Below, piece after piece: positions 1-12,900 of a stretch of DNA of 64,000 nucleotides. This DNA is from Phoronis australis (Eukaryota; Animalia; Phoronida). The position numbers were made by a program, and so were the translations under genes. Every line of letters starts with the position of its first letter. Within the stretch, counting starts at the first letter, position 1. The stretch spans positions 248,001 through 312,000 of the forward strand of contig NMRA01000370.1 in NCBI GenBank assembly GCA_002633005.1, read 5' to 3'. The notes below the pieces were generated by a model that saw only the letters and a list, made by a program, of their open reading frames with translations, was not told the origin of the DNA and searched no databases.

Positions 1-234
1 TCATTTAAGTGAAAATCAAAATGTAATATGCGAATAGTAGAAATCATATTTAACAAATTATTAATTCATTATTGCATTTGCGCATGTGCAAAATTACATT
101 GTGCGGCTTTTCGCACATGTCGGGCGTGTTGTGTGTGCATTTTGGTATTTATTTTCTTCATCTTGCAGCTATAATTGCAAATTTATTGCCAGGCAGATAA
201 TGTTTTGTAGTTAAACCAACAGAAAAGTATCATT

Positions 235-979
235 ATGGGCATTTCAGACTTTCAGGAATTCATTGAAACGCAATGCAAAGACGCGTGTGTGTCCGTCGAT
301 TTGCTGCAAATTGCTCGCTCGTATTCGGCGATTCACTCGCGCAAAACAAAACAACAATCTCATCAATACGAGATGCATCCCAGTCTGTGCATAGCCGTGG
401 ACGCAGAGAGTTGTTTGGATCGACTCTACGGCGGCTACTACTCCGACTGGGTCTGTGGAGGCCAGTGGAATCGTATGACTCAATTCTTGTCCAATCTCGT
501 GCAAGCTTGCGAGCATTCTGGGCTGAAACTGTCTGTCATTTTCAATGGTGCTTTAGAAAGTCAACACATGAAGTTAAACGAGTGGTTTTTGAACGAACTT
601 AAAAACAGAAAGAATGCCAATCAGGTGTTGAAGCATATCAACAATCGTGGCACTCCTCCACCGAAAGTCTGGTGGCTCCCTCCTGTGGCTTTGGGATGGG
701 CCTTACGAATGGCACTGCGCTACCTTCAAGTCGACATAGCGTGTACGATGGAAGACCATCATCAGGAAGTGATGGGATATTGCCGTGAATACAACCTACA
801 GGGTGTTTTTGCTCATGATGCAAAGTATGCCATATTTGATCCACCACGCTACTTTTCTTCGCAAGACATGAAGTTGACTTACAAAGGTTCATTAGAAACT
901 AAGGAGTATATTATTGATCAGGTCGCCAAGAGTCTTAATCTTCATCCAAACAGATTCTGTGTGCTTGCGGCTCTGCTTG
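235..979 (+). CDS. FAM120A: FAM120A-like exon 1 (PIN/XPG-like N-terminal domain)
   Basis: MGISDFQEFIE...CVLAALLG; donor GTAAGT at 980, phase 1. Confidence 0.95.
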
Positions 980-3900
980 GTAAGTTCTCTGTGGTCGGTT
1001 AGCCACGCCCAATTTTGCTGAGATGTATTGCGCTCAAACTTGGAATTATGTTTAATCCCAAGATCGAGTATGCGTGAACTTGGAACACCGTAGCTGGAAA
1101 CTTGGCAAGTTCACCCAAATAACCACGTTCACATTGATAAAAATTTGTGCTTCACTAAAGCAAATTACGTGTTAATGAAATAATGTAAATTTTAACCAGC
1201 CTTTATTTTTTTCAAGAATTGGCGATCTTATTCACCAGACAGTAATATGGTTAACCATTCTCACATTCCTCCAATCTAAGTACCTAGATAAATTGACCTA
1301 TGCCGGCTTAACTGACTGATCAGAACGCAGCATTTGTGACACACCTTCGTTTCCAAGCCGCCATTTTACCCAACAAACAAATCGTTGCCGGGTAAAACTT
1401 ATTGTTTGTTTGTCGACATTGCACAAGGGGCGGAGCTTGTGATAGGTCAATTACTTTGTCGCTCGGTTATTTTTTGTGCATCTTCAGAGTCGCAAAACAG
1501 TGTGTTTTTTCCAACCCCATGTCGTGGCAGATAAGTCACAAAAAGCAGAACCTGCTTGATAGGTTTTAACACGTGAGGTGTTAGCCAGCCGGACTTGCTG
1601 CGACGATCACTCTAGTCTTAGGGTCAAAGCAGGGTGTTCTTGGAACGTGTTTCTGCATACCACAAATCTGCATGCTATTTTCTTGCGTGGTGTTTGTGAC
1701 ACTGTGTTGCGCCCGATTCTCGCCCGAAGTCAAGTTGCCATCGTAATCGCTTCCACTTAATCATTTCTGTTTTTAAAAAGTCAGTGTTGTTTCTCCCACA
1801 TTGTTAAAACAAGTTTGCTCACTCTTATGTCGGGGGCCCTGTGACTTTCTTTGTTTTTAACTTTCATTAGGTAAGATGTGCGTCTGGCACCTCTCAATGC
1901 AGCATTATGTGTAGTGATTGCAATTGCAGTGCTTCAGCATTATCTTAATGCCAACTCGTCAAATGCGACTTAACGAAAAGTCCCAGGTTGCCAAAACTGA
2001 AGTAGGAGATTGCTGACCAAAAACAAAAAAACAAAAACGTGCCGCTGTCACCATCATTAAAAATAATGCACATCTGTTCCATTTCTCCTCTAAATATATA
2101 CCATCCGCTGGGTATCGTGGTATCCACTACCCTCAAGCGACCCATCAGTGCCGCACACAATCCATGGCTGAGGTCTCCATGTTGAATCTATGATCACTTA
2201 AACAATGTTTACCAGAGTTTATAATGTATTCAGATATATTTCCGAGTGATATCTTGGTTTCTTCACCTTAACTCAATCTAACTGAATTCCCCTTACCAAT
2301 GGAGATTGCAGATGACTGGAAACACTGTAGGCGCATTTTTCATGGTCCGACATTTCCAATTTTTGCCGTACAATTCCTACTTCCGTCTGTTTACTTCCTG
2401 TTTTAATTTGAACGCGTGTGCCGACTGCTGAGGGTGTCAAAATGGCAAATTTTCACGATATGAGCAGAACATATGTGAACCAAAGGTATTGAATCTAGGA
2501 AAAAATGTTATTGATTTAAAGTTTGGAAGTCGCCCGAAATTTTGAAGCGAACTTTGGGTGAATTATTATCTGGCTTTGCTAGTCGCTGTAGTTACTTGGG
2601 ATTTTTCCAGCTTTCCAAACACTATCTGAAGTCAAGTGGGCAAGCTGTAGGTCACTGAATCGAGCATTGTTTCATCTCCTAATGCAATTGGGGATTGAGA
2701 ATGATTTCCAGTGCGTTACTTATTTTCTAATTTCTTGCTAAGTGAACATAGATGCTCACAATGTTTTTTATCAGCCTATTCGTTGGTCACTTTTGTTTAC
2801 CTGTCGTGGATTGAGAGATGCCATGCTGTTGGTTATGGAGTGGTGCTTTTTTCAAACTGATTTCTACATTACATTCACCTGTTTCCAGTCAACCATTGGA
2901 TGTTGTGTTTGTTCGTGTTTTAATTAGGAAATTTCACATTTCTCTAATAACAGCATAGCTGTCGGACATAGTTAACGTATATGTCGGACATAGTTAACAT
3001 ACATGTCAACACCAATGCATACCGTGTTAGACCAAACATGCTTTATGAGACCCTAACTGGCAAGAAAGAAAATTCAGGGTTTGACATTTCTCTGAACTTT
3101 GACATTAAACTTTGCAGACACTGATTCACCTTAGACTTCTATTAGATGTTCTGCAGACTGCATTTGTTTATCGCAAACTGCTTTGTTGCTTTAGCAACCG
3201 TACACGATCACACGCAATGCATGCATGTTGGGGGAAAATTCAGGGCCAGGAATCGATGCAATGTTTGACATTACACCCAAGTCGGTACAGTAGACTGAGA
3301 AAATATCACTGAAGTTGAAAATTCGAAGAAAATTCTGGCTGTACTTAATCAAACTATGCAATGTATCTGTACTCCATGCATAACATACTAATAATTCTCC
3401 ATAATTCCAAAACTGTCATTTTTCATGGGTTGATTACTTAACAAGAAATGACGGACAATTTACCAAAACATTTTTAATATCTTCACTGTACAAACCATGC
3501 TAGTAGTGGACTAATCTTTATTTTTGTGGAGAATTTTGACAAAGTGGAATTTCACTTCTCAGCCATATTGTATGCTAAATAAATCAAGAATTAGTGTAGA
3601 ACGTAATGACCTTCAACTTCGCTACTCCATGAGCTCACTCATAGTACTGTTACTAAACAGTCACTAGCTGGTCCCAGTGTGAACAAAAAGACTATCATCT
3701 CTTAGCGCTACCTATTGAGTGAATATCAAGTCGCCCATTCAAATCTTTTTACCAAGTAGTGGTCTGTATTCCTTGTGTGTGTAAACTATTTTCTTCGTTA
3801 TGACTTTTGTGTTTGCTTGTCTAATGATTTTTTGGTCGTGTCACAGATTCTCAGTGCTTTAAACAAGAAAGTTAGTTTCAATCCATTATTGTCATGAAGG

Positions 3901-6900
3901 CATCTGTGACCTTTTTGTTCATTAGTTTCCTGTCACTTTGCAGGCAATCACATCCTTGGTGAAATTGATCTGCAAGAGTTCTTCAAGGAGCTCCTCTCCA
4001 TTCCCGCAGAGCAGAAAGGCTACAAGGTAAGTAAATACTAAGAAAGCATTTTTTTATTACTGTTAAAATATACGCTAACAAGTAAAAACAAAACTCACAA
4101 TTTTAAAGCTTTTTTACAGGCTTCAGTGTCAAGTGGGTATACAAATAGGATTTTTTATCTGAGTAGAGTGTTCTCCACAGCAAAAAATTCAAAGTCAACG
4201 GGAACTGCAAAATTTATGAACACGCTGGAAGTGCATGTTCATACTGGAGAGGGTTTGTATGTAAATGTTTGCAATCGATATTTGGAATAAGTGTCACAAA
4301 TTCATGAGAAAAAAAAATTACTCATCTCCACGAGTTCAAAGGCATTGTGGTAGTTTTCGAACGTGATGCAGGTAAGCCAAGCTCGATGCGGCGAAATTCA
4401 AGGGGGTTACGGCAACGAGTCGAAACAGATTTTGGAGATCACAGAATGTGTCATTTTGTTGGACGAATCGATTGGATGTAGGAAACAAAAGTGCGCAGGA
4501 TGTAAAATTGAATTTATTGTCTGACCTGAAGAAGTCTAGTTGCTCGCCAACAAAAAAATACACTCCTGAATTCTGCACATGCATGAAAACTTCGTCGTAG
4601 CCCATGAACTTTAGTTCATTGCCTGAAAATCATTTGCCCAGTTAGCTTAATATGTAAACATTGAGATATACTCTTCGTACCTGTCATATTATTCGTTTTC
4701 AGCTGGACTCCACCAAGTTGATCCACGAGGTGGTAGCTTTTGTTAGAAGCTTGCCTTCTGCCGAAAATCTGGATTCCATCGGAGAAATAGTATTCAGGTA
4801 CTTCTGGAGAGTTTCCTGTGGCGAAAATCTAATGTACATCAAACCGCTCGTTGTATTTTTGTATCGTAATCTGTGCTAAACAACAGCCTGGTATTATTTA
4901 AAGTTGTCAAATTATTGCAAAGTCCACTTGTTAAGGTTTTCTCCATCAATCGAAGCTCGTAATGAAAATTGGAAAATGGACAGGTTGGGCAAAGTGATGT
5001 ATTCTGTTGTGGGATTTTGCTTTCACGTTCCACATTGCACTGTCCTTAAGCACCAAGGGTTCATCCAGGATTTTAACATGGGTTTCCACTATTTCTCAAG
5101 GCGTCCATGACCAATGACACGTGACTATGTATTTATGGCCTAAAGTAAAATCGGCTGTTATAGTCATATGTTGCTGTGGCGACACGGTTCTGCAATAAAG
5201 TTTTTCACATCTTACATAATTTCTTTATTGTCTCTTATTCTGGACAGGCCTATGAACTCTGAGAGTTGCTGCTAGCAACTGAGAAGAGACCCCTTGCTTA
5301 TTTGCTCGCGTTACTTGGGCGTCCAACAGTCCAAATGCTGTGCTAGAGTGTCTGAATTTGAGTCAGTTTTTCTGTTTAGTGATGGGTTGTTTTAAGCAGC
5401 TGCAACTTAGTTTCGTTATGAGGCATTTGTTAATTTGTGTTACAGAAAGTGCAATGAGAGAGCTGACAAGATCTCCCGCTTCAAACTCAGCGTGCAGTAT
5501 TACCTGAACGGGACTCAGGAGGGATTCCTTAAGTACAGACCAAAGAATAAACGTAAGTCTACGAACTAAGCAACTTAAAGGGGACAGCATCCATTTTTGA
5601 TGTCGCCTTCAATAAAAATGCGTATCCGGTTACCTTGAACAGGGCTTGGAATTTTCTGCGGAAACGCGGATTTCCGCTTTTTTCAAAATAATGTGCTTTC
5701 CGCTTTTTTTATAATATTTCCGCGTAAAAAATCGGATTTGATATAAAATTTGCGCGGCAAATTCCTTTCTTACCGCGGCATTGGAGACTACGTTCACCTC
5801 GAAAAGCGGAAGTTGCTCTTTATGTTTCGGAGGAACGTAAATTGTCAACATTGCCGGGGCACCTGGGACAGCGTGGTGGGATTTTCAATGGCGTCCCGTG
5901 TTATTGTTAAGCGCGGCGACAAATACTACCGCTCTGCAGCCAAAGAGGTGTGCTACTGATGTATTGATGGTGGTAACGGTAACGATTTTTGTCACATTGA
6001 CCATTTCAAGGCTGGTTATCGGGCATGATTTGGGCCGTAAAAGTTTCAAAGTTTCCGCGTTTTCTGTCATTGGTCATTCCAAGCCCTGCTTGAAGAGATA
6101 TTGTTCTGTGTTATTAATGTCTCCTTGGTGGTTATGTACTTTCCATGCAACAACAGATAGGCCAAATGAATGATCAAAGAGCAGTTTTAACCATTATTTC
6201 CATCCTAACTGGCAAGATTTTACCATAGTTAGACTTCTTTGTGTTTACAGTGATTTGTGAGCCCCTGAGTGGGCTGGGTGCGTTTGCACGGGTGACTGTA
6301 ACGCAAAATCATTTATTCATACATTAGTAGCAAAATAGATCGTGACTGTTTTGCTTAAGTTCCTGTTCTGAAATGTGACCAAGAAGAGAGTTTGTCATCG
6401 TTTTAATCAGCGAATTATTTCATCAGGCACTCATGGTGTGACTCAACAAACTGGAGGCTATCCCAACACTCGTGCTCAGGTCATGACCCCTCCTCAGTCG
6501 ACGACACTACCAACACAGTCTGGAGCTGGAGAGGAAGAGTCTCCAGACATGGACCAGGTATGGGTGTACAATGAAACTCCATTGGCCAGGAGTTGTATTT
6601 TTAGTAAAAACAGAACCAAAACTGTTGGCTTTCTTCTTAAAGTGGCACATTTTTGTTTTGAATTTTTCGAGAAGAGAAGAATCATTACCATGTTCCTTTG
6701 AGCATGTTTTTAACAGTGCTTCTTAGTGATTGAAAACAGAGGGAAAATATTTTGTTAATAATAGGAAAATAAGCAGTTTGTTTCCGACATAGCTTTCTAA
6801 AATGATTTTGAATTTTAATTTATTGGTGACGTTCTTTTTCTCATCGGCATTTACAACCTCGTGCATGAATGATTTGTTATCACTGGTGTCCACCGTTTTC

Positions 6901-9900
6901 ACCACCAGACGGAAGTGAGCAGCGTCTATACAGAACGCGAGTCTGGTTACGGACAGGAACATGCCACGGCACCAGAGATCGTCATCGAGGCTGAGGCCAG
7001 CAGCCACATTGAACTTGACAACAAGATGGAGAAGCTGTCTCTGGACGAGACCGAGATAACCAGTGGGCAGGGTACGCTGAACAGTCGGAAGGATTTTTGG
7101 CTGTGGACAAAAAAGTTTAAATCTAGTATAAATATACCCTTCTTCAAAGGAAACAGACTTGTTAATTAATACTTAATCAGAGTATTCTAAGCATATTCAA
7201 CTGAAGTCACCATCCGTGATTTCAGTGAATGACTCCCACCCCTTATTTATCTCAACCAATTATCTCCCTTAACTGGTCTCAACTTCTGCCTTACTGAGAC
7301 AATAAAGGATTTCTTGGTTTGTAAAGAACAACAAGTTTGTTATTGTTTGAGATTGTACTCTGTGCATGAAATGATTTACTGTGTGACTGGCCAAATTGCT
7401 GAGCCAGGATTCAAGCAATAACGAATGTTCTTCTCGTGCACAGAGCTCAGCTGGGATATGAGCAAGGAATAAGTTGAGGCCAGCTTTTATAACGGTATGA
7501 GGTCTATATCAGGAGTGTTTTTGACATGATGCAAGATATACGCTCGATCTAGTTTTGATTCGTTTTTCGCAAAGTGAGAAAGTTTCAGTCGTGAATACAC
7601 TCGATGTTTGTTTAATATTTAGCTACAAAAATTGTAAACAAGGTCCCTCATGTCATACATGTTTTGCGCAATTTTGTATTTCAATTTCACAAGGCAAAAA
7701 ATAATTTCTTTTTTCAAACTATGTGGGTATTAATGAAATAGGGGGTTTCATGGCGAATTCTTCTCTAGTTTTTGGTAATGTGTGAATCATTTCCTGTCAA
7801 CTTACCTTTTTCTGTCTTGTATTTGTCACGGGTTCAAAGTTCAACGATAGCCAGCACTGTAGTCTAATTGTGTATTTCGCAGCCTTCTAAAAATACAATA
7901 CAGTCGCGCGTCTGAATCTCCCTTACTCGACAGCCCAAACCACGAGGCTTTCACTAAGGTTCCCCTCATGGACATCTACTTAGCAATAATAGATGGCGTA
8001 ACAACAGGTGACTGAATGGGTATTTTTAATAGCTAGCACTGCTAACAAGTAATAGCCTATCCCAGCACATATTCGTGTTTTTCATTCTGAAGAGGATAGT
8101 AATGTGTGAACAAACTTCCAGATACAACAACTGCTAAGGCTCAACCCAATACACTGGATGTCAATCTCATCTCATCCTCGTCAAGTAGCAGCAGTGGATC
8201 CAGTCCCAGTCGACAGAGTCCCGACCCAGCATTTGTCGTCAACGTCGGACCGGTATGTTTTGCTAGTCTGTGATTTTGTACAGACGAGCATTGGTTAAGG
8301 GGAGACTGTCAGAGTATTGGCGACAAGTCACATTTAACCATTTAATAGTATACAGAGCCTTTGGGTGGAACTGTTACTCTTAGTAGTGACTGTCGAAACC
8401 CTGTGTGTAGTTGACAGTGTAGATGGTCTGTACTAAGCAAATTTGCCACCTCGTTTAGTAGAGTTCAATGAATTCTTCAGTCCTATGTGAATGAGTCATT
8501 GGCTTCACGAAACTCTCATTAGAATCTATTTCTAAAGATTTCATTAAGACTTTTAGTGAGATGGGCCACTAGACTGAAGCTGCAGACGCATGTTCCTGTT
8601 TTTGTTGGAACGTCCAAGAAGTACCGAGGTTGTAAGGGTACATCTGATAGTTCCTTCTGTCGTTTTGTAAACCCAGTTGATGTATTTTTAAAAAAAACAT
8701 CGAAATCCAAATTTCTGGGATTAGTCTTGTAAAATTCAAAAATCGAAGCCCATTTTTCTAGAAAACAAAGTAAGATTTCTTCTCTCCATTTAACAAATAA
8801 TTGTTACCAGTTTCCCAGTGTTCCACGGTCTTGTCAGTTGGAATTGCTCCTACCATGACCTTGATTCTGTTTGCCAGGTGAAAAAGACTGCCAGTCAGAC
8901 ATCTAAGCCACGCCCCCATCTCCTGGAGAATCCCATGCCATCAGTGATCCCTGAGATCATGCGCATTGCCAGCGAACGCCACCAGAAGGGGTTGATGTTG
9001 CCGTGGCTGTACCAGGTGCTGGCTGAGGTAAGGTGACCTTTGACCTTCAGACACTGTTTTACTTGCAAAGCTTGCTTTTGACCCATGACACCATTTGACC
9101 TACAAAGCTTGGTTTTGACTAATGGTTCTGGAGTTGATGTGGCTGTTTGGATTGTTAACCGAGATGAAGCAATTTTTGACATCTGTCAAACGTGAACTTC
9201 CTTTTTATTTGAATGCAATACTTCATTGTAATAATCCAATACTTCACTGTATTTGTTCGTGATGTAGTAGTAGTCAGAATTAGTGAATTTTTGGTCTGTT
9301 ACGAAAAATGATGACCGAAAATTCGAGGTACACTTGAGTGACGTTAATGATGTAAAATTGAATAGAAGTACACAAATTTTATCACAGAGAACACTTCAAC
9401 AGCTATCTGAAGCTTTTTTATCGATAAATTTTTCGTTTCTTTAATACCTAATGTATTTTTATTTTGTTTTCGCAAATATTTGTGGGCCAATGACGACTGA
9501 CCTACCTTATGAACCATGTGACCTACTGGGTCCTTGCAAGGTGCCTTAACCAGACACAAATGTGTGTACTTTCACAGTTCTGTCCAAAAACAATTGTGGT
9601 TTTATTTACTCCCAAAAATGGCAAAGGTTGGCAGTTACATTACCTAGTTATCTGTTGTTCAAAGCACATTCGACTGTTTTGGAAAGCGAGCTTGCAGTTG
9701 TATTTGGCGGAGATCAGTGGAATTTTGTGAGCAATTCAGAATATTTTTCGATTTTGTTTAAACACAATCTCAAATAAGCGTGAAACTTTCTGGAAGATTG
9801 ATGGCTGCACACCCGTCAGAGCTGCAAGCTCGCCATTGCTGGAAATGTTTGACTCATTTCGCACAACAGTCCAGGGTTCGATTTCATTCTGAATTGCTTA

Positions 9901-12900
9901 TTCTAAAGAGGTTACCCCTCCAGTGTGCTTTGTCTCTTCTTCTCACATACACTCAGAGTCGTTCACTTGGCTTTTCTGTTATTAGCCCCACCGCCAGCGT
10001 CCTCCACCATTTTCTGCAGCACAACAGACACCTGGGCCTCAATTTCAATTATGTAATTCTACCCCGAGTACCAGCAAATTGCCTGGAAGCCAACATCAGG
10101 AATCTGTGTTTTTCAGTTCCAAATTGATTGTTTCCCTCCCCTCCCTCCCTCCTTCCCGCCCTCCCTCTNCCCTCTCCCTCCCTCGGTCCCTGCGTCCCTC
10201 CCTCTCTCAAAACTGGTGATTTTCATTCTGATTCATGATCTATATTGCTAGAAAGCAGTTTTTATTTTAACATTTTATACAAGTGTATTTCTTATTTTTT
10301 CTACATGAAATTGGACGTGATGCTTATTTTAAACTTCTTTCATCAAAAATATCTGCGTTGTCTGTGTGATAATGTTTGTACGTTATATTTCCGTACACGT
10401 GGACTAGGTCTAGTGCTAGCACAATTTGTTTATTATGTTTTAGACTTGTGCTGTAAAAACACCATTCGAATCTTGTTGCATATCTTGTTTCGCATTTTCC
10501 ACAGGGTGGAATAAAAATACCAGTCTCTGTTGAACCCGAGCAACCATTCGACCTACCTCTCAGTCACGAACTGTACCGACCAATCAGAGTGCAGTGTTAT
10601 GCAATCCTCTACAACTTGAACAAGAAGAAACGAGAGCAAGAAAAGGCAGTACTGGACAAGAAAGTTTCTGGGCCTTTAGGTATGTGTTACAACCATCTTC
10701 AGCTGTGGTATTGTATAATGGCAGAACAGTTACATGTATCATTTTACAGCTTTTCCAAATGAGCTTTCTGTCAAACAATGCTCTTTGGGTAAGACCTTCT
10801 GCTGATCCCAACTTGTTCCTTACTCAGTTGAGAAGGGGATTCTGGGTATGAATAGAACTTACAGTTTGTCATTGCTTGAGGCGTCTGTTACAGGGAAAGT
10901 GACTTGAGATATAACTGAGAAATTTGGTCTTTCACTGCACACGTATAGTTCTTAAAAATAATTAGAATTCTCTATAGCAAAAGTACAAAGTATCTGTAAT
11001 ATACCCATAACTGATAGTTACTGATAGTCACAGTAGTTGTGATCCCTGGATGTGCACGGGCGTTATCTCTTTAAGTCAGTGTTTCATTTGTTTGGCCTTA
11101 CTTGTTGCGATATTCGTCTGCTCGCAATACGCTAATGGTGCACTATATTGGCTGGAAATATACATGTCTCAACATAATAGCCATGTTTGTTTAAAAACCT
11201 GGATGTTCAAGTGTAATCTCACTTTGATTTATTCATCTTGCAAACTCAGTTTTCCTATCGTTCCTTCATTATACCAGACACTAATGTACAGCCGGTCTGT
11301 TCCAGAGCCTCTAGAGGTGGTGGTCAAGGAGTGGTGGGTCCAGTCGGTGCAGGACAAGAGCCCCCACTGCGTCTCCGTACTGGTCAAGCCCCTACCTTGG
11401 AGGGTACCCACGCTGGAGAGCCTGTGGCTGGGGCAGAAACCAGAGTATAAGCAACATAGGCTGCGCGCCTTCCTGCAGTGTATGAGGAGCGACACGCCCC
11501 TCATGCTCAATACCTCCTACGTACCACAGCATCTGTTGATAATGTGCTGTTTACTCAGGTAGCCATGGCAACACGTTGGTTTATTTAATAATGTGCGCTG
11601 CCATTTGTTGTTTTTGAGGTTGTCTTTCAAAGTGACCACTATATTGTCTACTTTCAACAATGAATGTGAATACTGGAAATTATGTAGTCTTTTCGTCACA
11701 GTATCATTGGGTTCTTTATTTGTTTTCAGCACGGAAAAACATTTCTGGATTAGTGTTGGGAAAGATAGACTTTTTGAAGTTATTATCTTTGAGTGGAATG
11801 AAACAACAAAATTTGTTGTTCTTTTGTGATTTTATTAGAAATTGATAAATCCTGATGTTGGCTTCCAGCCATTTTATAAAATTAACATTGCTCTACTAGC
11901 AAAACGTGAAGACTTCAACGGCTGAGAGCGTCAGTTCAAGTCTGTTATGTCTGTTCTGAATTACACAGCGTTGTGACCTATAATGTCAGTCTACTCAAAA
12001 GTGGATGGCCATTTTGTCTTAAAGTTAACTTCAGTTAAAATGATTTGACAAAATTAGAAGCATTGTTCTTGAATCTGGTCAGGTAACCAGGTCCATCACA
12101 AGTGTTGACATTCCAGTCATGCTTAGCTCTGGTAATGGTTGCTGTGCATCATGATTCTTATTCAGTGATCACATGACCTGATATTCGACATGTAATCATC
12201 ATCATGTGACTGTTTTGATCATTTATTGATCATTGCTTGTCTGGACTGAAGCAGAGTTTTGTTTTATGATTGTGCTGTTATAAATCAGTGCATTGATATG
12301 GTAAAGGTGAGAGTTATTGGTATTTTCATACATCATATGTTGGTCGCATCACATGATCTATAGTTAAGTTTGAAAAGAGTGATGTCCCGACAGGGGCTCG
12401 AACCCGTAATCGATCGGTGTTCTTAATAGCTCAGTGGACTCGAGCATTTTCAGGCCTAGTAGAAAGGCCCAGGTTTGAGCCTCGGCCGGAACTGGATCGT
12501 TTCAGACTCAATTGTAAGTCATGCGATCTGATGCACTTGCGGTGTGTAAGAAGACTAAGAATTCTGACGTAGTGTTTTGTCTGTTTCAGATACATGGTGC
12601 AATATGACCAGGCCATTCTGCAGCGAATTGAGCTGGATGCTTTCCTTGCTCAAAGTGTCTCACCGCTACTTCAGGACGTGCAGACAATGCAAGACATGAA
12701 GGTAGGCGATGCTGCAACAGTTGCAGTGATCTTTCGGTTTATTGAGCCGATTATTTGCATGGGTCAGTCTGCTGTTCATTCAAAACTAAAGTGTTCCGCC
12801 CGAGATGTTGAATGAGAAATTTTAATGCAAATGGTGTATCCAATCTGTGTGAAGTGTATCTCTGAAATTCTGGTGTATTCACCTTAAACCTAAGTTTGGA

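Noticed and set aside
79-130. NRF1-like (TGCGCATGTGCA) and GC-box motifs as the FAM120A promoter
   Set aside because: Plausible but unsupported. A good acceptor (TTCATCTTGCAG at ~168) suggests the true first exon could lie upstream of the window.
8085-8121. Upstream acceptor (TGAAG at ~8092) for FAM120A exon 7
   Set aside because: It introduces in-frame stops; the acceptor at 8121 keeps the frame open.
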